This document shows, one piece after another, positions 8,488-16,900 of a DNA stretch of 64,000 bases. This stretch comes from a virus. Lineage: Duplodnaviria; Caudoviricetes. The notes beneath the pieces were generated by a model. The model saw only the letters and a list, made by a program, of their open reading frames with translations, made no database searches and had not been told where the DNA came from. A program made the translations under genes and the position numbers. Positions within the stretch are counted from its first letter, which is position 1, and every line of letters begins with the position of its first letter. The stretch covers positions 9,230 to 73,229 of the IMG/VR virus record IMGVR_UViG_3300007770_001239, one strand, 5' to 3'.

Positions 8488-9810
8488 ATGTCTGTGCACA
8501 ATCAGGTTATACGTGGAGATGAGCTCGATAAATGTAAGTCGATCTTAAAAAAAGATATCTCTCTATTGATCGAAGACATCAACAGTCTTTCATCTTCTGT
8601 TCTAATGACAGACCGGCTCCATACTATAGGATGGAGTGATTCTTTTCGTGGGCTTCTTGTTGGGTTGAATAACTGCGAAACAGCATACAAGAACTTAATC
8701 TTGAATAGCGCGTATCATCTAAATGAAACATGCGCCCTGGCAATTCCTGTATATTTGCTTACACTTCAAAAGATTCTTTCCTCGTCAATCACAAATGAAA
8801 GAGCTCTTGCCTTAATAAAAGCACCAACTCGGCCTCGGCGAGTCAAGTCAATCGATATCATTAAGGAATGGGAACGAAGCATTCATGATGAAGTTACACT
8901 TTCCTATAAGAATGTTTTTATCGATGCTGTACGAACAGCTGGTTCACTTGGTTCCGTTGTCATTGAGCAGACAACAGGAAATACAATCACTGAACTCGAG
9001 TCGGGCTGCCAATTTCAATGTAGTCTACATTCCTTTTTTCAAGAATCTTTTGATGACTACGTAGAATTAAGAGAGTGTATAGTTGTTGTGATCGATGGTG
9101 CCATCATCGATGTCAGCGAAATACATCATTTGTTAACATATGCTTACGAAAATAAGACGCCGGTGGTGGTCTTCGCGAGTAATTACTCAGACGATGTTGC
9201 AAACACTCTGATTGTGAATTGGGAAAAGGGGTTAGTGAAAGTCCTCCCATTCATCATGGATAAAAGTCTAGATAATGTTAACCAAGTAAAAGATTTGTGC
9301 ACTATTGCTGGTATTACACCGGTGTCTAAAGAGTCAGGGATACTCATAAGCACTCTAGATTTTGATACAATCCCGTCAAATACCGCAAAATATTCTGTCA
9401 AGAAACAAACTTGCTCAATTCAAACAAGCAAGAATAATTTTGATTCGATCAAGTATCTACGTCAAGATATTCAGAAAAAGCTGACTAAAGAAAAAGTAGA
9501 TGATGTAAGAGATGTATTGAAAAAACGATTATCGCGATTATCAACACGGACAGTAAAAACTAAAATTCATTGCTCCAAAACAGAGGAGGGAATTCTTCAA
9601 GATAGAGCCGCATGTCTGGTCCAGCTTCTAGCATGTTCGGGGAGAGAAGGTATTATCGATATTCAGCCGATTTATGATATGCTGAACTACACTCCTTCGA
9701 ATTTTATGCCGACAATATTACCACATCAAATTACGCTTAATGCAATGCGAAGAGCTGTAGCTGATGCGAAAGCCATAAGTAATATTAGCGTCATTATCAA
9801 GCTGGATTAG
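8488..9810 (+). CDS. Divergent GroEL/Cpn60 homologue lacking ATP-binding motifs
   Basis: Intermediate/apical domain resembles GroEL (AVRTAGSLGSVVIE, ELESGCQF, VVVIDGAIIDVSEI, PVVVFASNYSDDVANTLIVNWEKGLVKV, KDLCTIAG, LKKRLSRL); no GDGTTT. Confidence 0.72.
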   Translation: MSVHNQVIRGDELDKCKSILKKDISLLIEDINSLSSSVLMTDRLHTIGWSDSFRGLLVGLNNCETAYKNLILNSAYHLNETCALAIPVYLLTLQKILSSSITNERALALIKAPTRPRRVKSIDIIKEWERSIHDEVTLSYKNVFIDAVRTAGSLGSVVIEQTTGNTITELESGCQFQCSLHSFFQESFDDYVELRECIVVVIDGAIIDVSEIHHLLTYAYENKTPVVVFASNYSDDVANTLIVNWEKGLVKVLPFIMDKSLDNVNQVKDLCTIAGITPVSKESGILISTLDFDTIPSNTAKYSVKKQTCSIQTSKNNFDSIKYLRQDIQKKLTKEKVDDVRDVLKKRLSRLSTRTVKTKIHCSKTEEGILQDRAACLVQLLACSGREGIIDIQPIYDMLNYTPSNFMPTILPHQITLNAMRRAVADAKAISNISVIIKLD

Positions 9811-9811
9811 A

Positions 9812-10288
9812 ATGGTAAAATGGAGCACATCGAAGATACAGTGGCATAATGCTGATTCTAAGCCGGCATCATTTAATGATATTATTGAAAAAATAAATAG
9901 TAATAATGCATACCAAATTCATGTAGGGTGTGATTCTCACAAGCGAGGGGATACATATGTTTTCGCCGTTGTAATTGCTGGGTATGTTAACCGCAAGGGT
10001 GGCACTTTTTATTTCCACAGAAAAAGAAGCAAGGATTGCGCTTTAGATTCTATGAAATTTCGTCTTATGAAAGAAGCAGAATTAGCAATAGAAGCTGCAC
10101 GATCTTTAAGAGAAGCATTTCCGATTAAGATTATAAATGTTCATCTAGATCTAAACCCTAACAAGAAATATCCGTCATCTAAAATTTTAACATCTGCGAT
10201 TTCTTGGGTAAACTCTTATGGGTTTACACCGATTGTGAAGCCAAATTCATGGGCTTCTTCATCTTTAGCTGACGCATATGCTAAATAA
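9812..10288 (+). CDS. YkuK/DUF458 ribonuclease-H-like protein
   Basis: IHVGCDSH, RLMKEAELAI, VHLDLNPN, VKPNSWASSSLAD. Confidence 0.78.
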   Translation: MVKWSTSKIQWHNADSKPASFNDIIEKINSNNAYQIHVGCDSHKRGDTYVFAVVIAGYVNRKGGTFYFHRKRSKDCALDSMKFRLMKEAELAIEAARSLREAFPIKIINVHLDLNPNKKYPSSKILTSAISWVNSYGFTPIVKPNSWASSSLADAYAK

Positions 10289-10291
10289 ACG

Positions 10292-10318
10292 TTTACTATC
10301 GCGCACTACAGTTATAAT
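10292..10318 (+). promoter_or_regulatory. Sigma70-like promoter for the small-gene cluster
   Basis: TTTACT-N15-TATAAT (spacer short), SD AGGAGG, ATG at 10339. Confidence 0.45.
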
Positions 10319-10338
10319 TGGTACCAGGAGGATGACTA

Positions 10339-10578
10339 ATGCCACCCAAGACAAAAACAAAAACTAAGAGCTGGTCGACTAAAGAGGTTAGGGAATTAAT
10401 CCAAGAAATTCTAGTCTTTCAGAACGATTCTATTTTATCAGCGTTAATGACAGCTACGACAGAAGATATGTCTGAAGCTCAACGCTTAACTAGAGATCAA
10501 GCTAATGGACTTGGCTTACTAATAGAGCACTCGTCTAAGGATGCTGCGTTTAAGGTCTTAGCTTCGAAGAAGCTATAA
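10339..10578 (+). CDS. Hypothetical protein with a basic N-terminus
   Basis: Strong SD AGGAGG; 79-aa ORF in operon. Confidence 0.65.
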   Translation: MPPKTKTKTKSWSTKEVRELIQEILVFQNDSILSALMTATTEDMSEAQRLTRDQANGLGLLIEHSSKDAAFKVLASKKL

Positions 10579-10579
10579 G

Positions 10580-11041
10580 ATGCAAGGGTTAAAGCACTTG
10601 ATAAAGTGTCGGTGCATTTTACCCACGCTAAAGAATAGGACCGACCCACCGCTACATCAATTTATAGTATTTTCGATTGTAGAAAAAGATGTAGTGCTTG
10701 AAAAAATTGTGAATTGTAATAACTGCGGTATAGCACACCGGATAACCGACATCTGCAAATCTGTTATTATGGAAAGTGTAGAATCAGCAAAGTCAGTAAT
10801 GACGATAGATGATGTGGCAGTTATGTTGCCAGAGTCAGTTTCAACAATTTTACAAACATATGAAAAAGATTTACCAGATTATGAACAGGCACATTTCATA
10901 TTACAATATGAGAGACGAGGGGATTTTATAGTGCTTTCCTCAGAGATAGCTGAAGAGAAGAAGTTGGGTAAAGTATTGACATATCAAGGGGACGGGAAAT
11001 TCAAGATCGAACCTTACTCGATAGATGAGATATTAAAATGA
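10580..11041 (+). CDS. Hypothetical Cys/His protein (probable Zn-binding)
   Basis: CRC...CNNCGIAH..DIC pattern. Confidence 0.65.
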   Translation: MQGLKHLIKCRCILPTLKNRTDPPLHQFIVFSIVEKDVVLEKIVNCNNCGIAHRITDICKSVIMESVESAKSVMTIDDVAVMLPESVSTILQTYEKDLPDYEQAHFILQYERRGDFIVLSSEIAEEKKLGKVLTYQGDGKFKIEPYSIDEILK

Positions 11042-11292
11042 CAGAAGAGAAGAAAGAAGAAAAGCTAGAACGAGAAGACACAGACTGGCTGCTTGACATT
11101 AAGAAATCGCGAGATATATGTCAGGAAATTTTAAGGTTTGGGGTTTCCCAAACACAAATTAGGAATATAATCAATTTGCTTGCACTCGAGCTAGAAGATA
11201 GGGAGATGATGCTGGCAATCAACAGGGCTGTAAAACAAGAAGAGGATGAAGAACGCCCGAAGATTCTTCATCCAGGAGAAAACGATGAGTGA
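11038..11292 (+). CDS. Hypothetical small helical protein
   Basis: ATGA overlap with the upstream gene; 84 aa. Confidence 0.6.
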   Translation: MTEEKKEEKLEREDTDWLLDIKKSRDICQEILRFGVSQTQIRNIINLLALELEDREMMLAINRAVKQEEDEERPKILHPGENDE

Positions 11293-11479
11293 TTCAAACA
11301 CAATTCTCGAAAATTGGGAGAGCCTGAAGGAGCTAGTAGCATCTTTAGAGTTAGACGTGCACAAGAACGCGCATGGAAACAAGTCTGCTGGTGTAAGAGC
11401 CAGACGCGGTTTGCGTAGACTAAAGGATTCATCCGCTAGCTTGGTTAAATTAACTTTAGAAGTTGAAAAGAGCAAGTAG
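11285..11479 (+). CDS. Histone H1-like Hc1-family small basic protein
   Basis: KNAHGNKSAGVRARRGL resembles the GNKAA(G/A)xR(A/V)R core of Hc1-family proteins; ATG at 11285 after GGAG. Confidence 0.72.
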   Translation: MSDSNTILENWESLKELVASLELDVHKNAHGNKSAGVRARRGLRRLKDSSASLVKLTLEVEKSK

Positions 11480-11505
11480 CTCGCCCTATCATTCGAGCAA
11501 AATCT

Positions 11506-11535
11506 AAGAGAGAGCGTAAGCTCTCTCTTTTTTTT
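11506..11535 (+). terminator. Rho-independent terminator with GNRA loop, between convergent genes
   Basis: AAGAGAGAGC-GTAA-GCTCTCTCTT then a T-tract; a smaller hairpin GCTCG-N10-CGAGC at 11479-11498 precedes it. Confidence 0.85.
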
Positions 11536-11549
11536 ACGCGAAGCTATAC

Positions 11550-11870
11550 TTAATTGTGTGATTGATCGGACAATATCTTCGGGGAAGATGATTTCAAGAA
11601 TTGCTTTGCTAGTTTCTCTATCTGACATATTCGCATGCGAGTTACTTTGAATATGTCCCCCACTTCTTGTAGCGTCATTGGACCATCCCTAGATGCAAGA
11701 ATAACGCAATTGTGGTGCTTCTTAGATTCCATCTCTTGCCAATATCGACAATCTTTTTTCTGGCAATCTACGCCAAGATCAGAGTGTGCTTTAAAGCAGG
11801 TTAGTCCCTCTATAGCGTCGTCAGCCCTGGCTGCGCGCTTTGTATTCTTCTTTATTTTACCTTTATTCAT
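11550..11870 (-). CDS. Stand-alone sigma70 region-4 HTH protein with Cys-rich N-domain
   Basis: MTLQEVGDIFKVTRMRICQIEKLA is a sigma region 4.2 pattern; four Cys upstream; SD GAGGA and promoter on the minus strand. Confidence 0.8.
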   Translation of the reverse strand: MNKGKIKKNTKRAARADDAIEGLTCFKAHSDLGVDCQKKDCRYWQEMESKKHHNCVILASRDGPMTLQEVGDIFKVTRMRICQIEKLAKQFLKSSSPKILSDQSHN

Positions 11871-11907
11871 TCAGTATTCCTCTAAATGTTACTTCATGTA
11901 CAAAGGT

Positions 11908-11937
11908 ATTGTAAGTCACTTGTAGCTAATTTTTCAA
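11908..11937 (-). promoter_or_regulatory. Sigma70-type promoter of the minus-strand gene
   Basis: Minus strand TTGAAA-N18-TACAAT, the same hexamers as at 401-429. Confidence 0.55.
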
Positions 11938-11947
11938 GGAGAAAATT

Positions 11948-13261
11948 TTGGAAAGCAAAAGAAAACGATTTATTCTTGACACGAGCGTTCTTCTGTATGA
12001 TAAATCATCGATACATTCGTTTCCTGGAAATGATGTAATCTTGCCCCTTCAGGTCATAGATGAACTAGACCGCTTTAAGGAAAAACCCGGTATCGTGGGT
12101 GATGCGGCAAGATATGTAAATCGATTTTTAGATGAGCTTCGAGATATGGGTCGACTGGATGAGGGTGTTGAGGTTGATTCTTCACTGGCCGAAAGCCAAA
12201 CAGTCAAAGTTACTATTGACGAAGATTTATCAAAGCTGCCCCGAGGGCTTGCGAAGGAAAGGGGTGACAACAGGATCCTGGCGACGTGTATGTCTGAGAA
12301 GGCGAAAACGAAGTCTGGGCCCATCGTCGTCGTAACTAAGGACATTAACCTTAGGGTGAAGTGCGATGCACTAGGGATAAAAGCAGAGGATTACTATAAG
12401 GATCATCTCGAGCGGGGGAACACGGAATATACTGGGCATCGAGAGCTGATGATTCAAAAAAATAAAATCGATTCTTTTTATAGCGACGGTGTTCTAGCTT
12501 TAGAGAATGAAGACCTATCTCCTAATGAATGTGTTGTTATGGTATCATCAGAAAGATCATCTTCTGCGCTTGGCATGTATCGGGCTGGTGCCGTGTATCC
12601 ATTGACACAAAGGCCGGGACAGCTTATGAGCAATTTTGAGTCTAAGAATAAAGAGCAAGCTTTTGCAGTGGAAGCCTTATTGAGAGATGAGATACAACTG
12701 GTGACCCTTACCGGTTTGGCTGGGTCTGGAAAGACATATGTCGCATTAATGGCTGGCTTGGATGGTGTGCAACAGGGGAAGTATAAGAGGATAGTGGTTT
12801 CCAGGTCCATACAGCCTGTTGGAAGGGACCTTGGGTATTTACCTGGGGATATGGATGACAAGATGCAACCGTGGCTTGCACCGATCACAGACAACTTCAG
12901 AACAATGCTTAGTGACAAGAACTTTACGTACTTCGAAATGATGAAAGATCGTGGAGAATTAGAGGTCGCACCGCTGGCGTATATTCGCGGTAGAACGTTT
13001 AACGATTCGTACGTGATTGTTGACGAAGCACAAAATGCGACAGTGCATGAATTAAAGACAATCATTACCAGAATTGGTAAGGGTTCGAAAATTGTGCTGT
13101 TAGGAGATACGGATCAAATAGATACTCCGTACATTAATAAATTAAGTAATGGACTGTCAATTGTCGTTCATAAATTTAGGGACAAAAATTCAGCCGCGCA
13201 CGTGCAATTAGTAAAAGGCCAAAGATCGGACATAGCTTCTCTTGCTTCTTTGATTCTTTAA
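11948..13261 (+). CDS. phoH: PIN-domain PhoH-family ATPase (PhoH2/YlaK type)
   Basis: PIN: ILDTSVLL, VIDELDRFKE, GDNRIL, VTKDINLRVK; PhoH: GLAGSGKT, LGYLPGDMDDKM, IRGRTF, IVDEAQN, LGDTDQID. Confidence 0.93.
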   Translation: MESKRKRFILDTSVLLYDKSSIHSFPGNDVILPLQVIDELDRFKEKPGIVGDAARYVNRFLDELRDMGRLDEGVEVDSSLAESQTVKVTIDEDLSKLPRGLAKERGDNRILATCMSEKAKTKSGPIVVVTKDINLRVKCDALGIKAEDYYKDHLERGNTEYTGHRELMIQKNKIDSFYSDGVLALENEDLSPNECVVMVSSERSSSALGMYRAGAVYPLTQRPGQLMSNFESKNKEQAFAVEALLRDEIQLVTLTGLAGSGKTYVALMAGLDGVQQGKYKRIVVSRSIQPVGRDLGYLPGDMDDKMQPWLAPITDNFRTMLSDKNFTYFEMMKDRGELEVAPLAYIRGRTFNDSYVIVDEAQNATVHELKTIITRIGKGSKIVLLGDTDQIDTPYINKLSNGLSIVVHKFRDKNSAAHVQLVKGQRSDIASLASLIL

Positions 13262-13273
13262 CTCTTCCCGTGC

Positions 13274-13283
13274 ATATTTAGTA
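13274..13283 (+). promoter_or_regulatory. Candidate phage late-promoter motif, copy 2
   Basis: ATATTTAGTA 12 nt before the first gene of the fibre module; identical 10-mer at 47908. Confidence 0.5.
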
Positions 13284-13295
13284 GAGAGGTGCACA

Positions 13296-13649
13296 GTGGG
13301 AAGTTCAAAGTTAAAAAAGTTTGATAAGAATCGCTTTCGAAAAGTCTATCCCCGTTTTCGAAAGATGCCCATTTATTCGTACATGGGCGACGCTGAAATG
13401 GTGATAGAAGCTCATGAAGTTACTTTTACAAATACGGATGAAGTGGCGTTCCAGTTAAAGGAAAATTATACGTCAGCTCCAAACGTTACGTGTACTCCTG
13501 TAGGCGAGCACCATTCAGATATCAATATATTCATAGCGAAAGTAGAAGTAGGCGGAGTGCCCCCAGGTGGCAGAAAAGCTATCATAACAATTCGAGCAAG
13601 CGCTACCTGGACGGGAACAGTGTTCTTACAAGCTGTGAAGGCGGGATAA
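13296..13649 (+). CDS. Small virion-associated beta protein (H-type-lectin/gp53-like)
   Basis: F.LKENYTSAPNVTCTPVGE..SDINIFI pattern; SD GAGG, GTG start. Confidence 0.45.
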   Translation: MGSSKLKKFDKNRFRKVYPRFRKMPIYSYMGDAEMVIEAHEVTFTNTDEVAFQLKENYTSAPNVTCTPVGEHHSDINIFIAKVEVGGVPPGGRKAIITIRASATWTGTVFLQAVKAG

Positions 13650-13651
13650 TA

Positions 13652-13951
13652 ATGTCAGGATTCTGGGAAAATGGACATGTTGGATTATCTACTGGACAAG
13701 TAACATGGGACTACGGAGTAACTGAAACACCTTATATGGCTTTAGACGTCGGTAAGCACCCAAAGAAGGTTAAGCCGATAATTGTATTTAACCCAATCGG
13801 TGAAGATAGCAATATGAATGCCTACGTTCAGCATGTCACATTTGATGAAACGGATAATAATTGGAAATGGAAAGCCGGCATCTCTGCTGGAAACTGGGGC
13901 TTCGATGGTCCGGTTCTGGCTTCATATATAATTATTTCTATGTGGGCTTAA
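13652..13951 (+). CDS. Small virion-associated protein, probable paralogue of the upstream gene
   Basis: ATG at 13652; VKPIIVFNPIGEDSNMNAYV resembles APNVTCTPVGEHHSDINIFI. Confidence 0.45.
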   Translation: MSGFWENGHVGLSTGQVTWDYGVTETPYMALDVGKHPKKVKPIIVFNPIGEDSNMNAYVQHVTFDETDNNWKWKAGISAGNWGFDGPVLASYIIISMWA

Positions 13952-13961
13952 GAGGTAAAAG

Positions 13962-16900
13962 ATGGCAAGAGACTTTAGAGCAGACCAAATACGCGTAAAT
14001 AAGATAATCGCTTCTGGGTCGAGTTGGCCTTTGGCAACTGGGCGAGCGGTGGATACGAATGGTAACCCCACTCCAGCTGAGCAGTACCACCCCAACCTGG
14101 GATTGCTGTTCTACTCATCTAGCGCCGCGGCAGATTACTCAGGCGTGATTGAGGGATCAACGGACTTGATGAACCAATTTGGTAATGAGCCGTGGCTCGT
14201 TTTTTCTGGTTCTGCAAATAACACTGCCCTGACTCCCGTGGGGGATGGTAGCGCGGTTCTCTTTCTTGGAGATGTCATTATCAGTGGTACGCTGTTTGGA
14301 AAGCGACAGCTAATCCAGATTGATAGCGATGTCCCGAATGATTTTTATGTTCAAGGGAATACGCACCTTTCCGGTAACTTTTTTGCTGGTCCTACCTCAT
14401 ATGATAATGGCGGAACGCACACCCAGAATATGACAGTCTATCCGAACCAAAGGGGTGATAGAGGAGTCAAGATTAACTCTGATATGATCGTCTATACAAG
14501 GGGTAGCTCGGCAATGCCCCCTCGGATATCTTTCAGAACACTCACATGGGAAGACCGACTTACTCCAGCAACCGGGAATGAACATCCTGATGTCTTCTTT
14601 CACGTTTCAGGAACCGTTGGTGGTAGACTCGGAAACCAGCGCGGTATTGCTTTATTCGGTGGTGATCTTCATGTTTCCGGAAACTTCAGCGTTGATGGGT
14701 CAAATGACCTTGTTAAATTCCAAGAGGACATGATCCTCAATAATACCAGAAGTATGCCGCCGAACTTCGGTCATGATTATACCAACCCCGCGAACCTTCC
14801 GCCTCCTCTTTCTCGTATTAAAAAGCTGGATCGCTGGACTGTTGGTCAGTTTGCACCCAACGCTTCTAGCTGGTGGTCGGTCCTTCATAACTCATCTTCC
14901 ACCGCGGTGGGTGGCCATGGTGGGTGGAAGCTTAAGGTCAAAGGGGGCGCGCCCTGGAATGGGAATGAATTTACGGTTTCCGGGTCGGGTGATGTTGGAA
15001 TAGACCCAGGTAAAACTTTCTGGTTTGACTCTCGCGGTGCAACGAAAACGGGTATTAAGCATACATGGGCAGTTGGTTCGAACAAGCTGCAGATCTCCGG
15101 CAATATCCCTACGTCGTATGAATTCAATCATGGGGTTGTGACAGGATCAGGCGGGTTCCATCTGCCACAAGGAACATCAGCTGAAGGTAGATTTGGTCAA
15201 TCAATGGGAATTATGTTCCGCGGAGAGGGCTCAGGACTAGCAGGAAACGAAGCAGATATAGGAATATACTACAACGGAAGTGTCCTTACAAACCCAATCT
15301 TAGGCGGGACTACAAATACACTAGTCTTTACAGGAACAAATGCCGCCAGCGATGGGTGGATGGGAGTTGGTGGTAAATTACAATTAATTGCGCATGGTGG
15401 TCTTGGAAAATTCCAGGCTAGTACAAATATGTTTCTTGGGACCGATTCAGGAGATATTAATATCAACCCTGGCGGTGGGAATGTAGTATTCAAAGATGCA
15501 ACTGGTGCTGCCGTCGTTGATATAGACACAAGCAATGAACATCTACGACTACCTTCGACAGCAGATCCGGATGACTATTTCCAAATAGCGGTAGGTGCTG
15601 CAGGAACAACCACCATCAAGACTTTTGATGATGCTGCAACAGGTGCGCATCTTACAGTAAATATTGACGGTAATATTGCAATGAACGCCGCTGACGCATC
15701 AACGATCGGTCTCGGTAACAGCAACGCAGATACTGGAAAGATAACAATTGGTGGGTCTGTTGCGAATAGGTCAGAAATCGAGCTTAACGCGACGAACATT
15801 GATGTTAACGCCGGGTCGGGAGGAATCAATCTCGATGCAGCTGGACAATCTCATCTTACCACAACAGCAGGGACACTAACACTTGACGGTGCTGGTGGAG
15901 TGAACATTGTAGGTAACTCATCTGAAGTTGATATAACAACTACCGGTGGCGTTGATATTAATTCGGCGGCTTTTGATGTTGACGCTTCAGGCGCAATAGC
16001 TCTTGATTCTGATTCGACATTTAATATCGGGGCTACGAACTTTGTCGTTACAGCTGACGGTGGCGCCGGTGATGGCGCAATTAGTCTACAGACTACCGAC
16101 ACTACGAATGGTGTTAAAATATGTACCGTCGGCGGCGCTAGCGCAGTGCCGATCCAAATTGGTGGTGCCACTTCTACGGTCACGATTGGTAACGATTTAA
16201 GTGTCGGAACGAATGCTCATTCTGGAAGTGTGGATGTTTGGGGTGATCTCACTGTCCATGGCAGCTTTATTAAGGGTCATATTATCAGTGCTTCTGTCGG
16301 TGACCCATTACTGCTTCTTAACTCTGGTGCGCTTAGTAGTAATAGTGGCGGAGGTATTGCAATCGCATCTGGTTCCAACCAGACCAACATCGCTATGGTG
16401 TTCGGTAGGGATACCTCATTCGTAAATACTTTCTTGGTCGGTACTCTTGACGTTGGTGACGGTGATTCCCAATCAGAAACTAAGGTCGATCTTTCCGGGG
16501 CTACACCAATTCCCATTAGAACAACTGGTGTCCGGTTCCCGGCTGGAATGGCGCTAACTTCATCTCAGGTAACAGCAGGCCCATATCATCTATCGATGTC
16601 TAATCCGAGTAATAAGGGTGGCATTAGAATAAGAGCAGGAAACCCAGTAGTAGGAGTAAATCAAGGACCGGTTCAATTAAGCGGTTCGATGTTCAGTATT
16701 CAGCCTGATAGAAAAGTCTATTTATTAGAATCAGATCCAGGAACGCATACAGGCGCTTGGTTAAAAGGTAATTCAAGCTCCGGACTGATTACAGTAAGCG
16801 CTCCTGATGGTGTTACAATCCAAGGAGAGAAACCAGAATTACGTCTTGCTGACACTTATAAAATGCTCACATGCTTTGGTGGTGGAGCGGGTACAGCAAA

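Noticed and set aside
11635-11925. 96-aa plus-strand ORF opposite the sigma-region-4 gene
   Set aside because: The minus-strand ORF has the recognisable HTH, SD and promoter; this one has none
12478-13065. Long minus-strand ORFs (195 aa here; also 1129-1599, 6274-6765, 57413-57994 and many shorter ones)
   Set aside because: They lie wholly antisense to well-supported genes, with no motifs or SD; shadow ORFs
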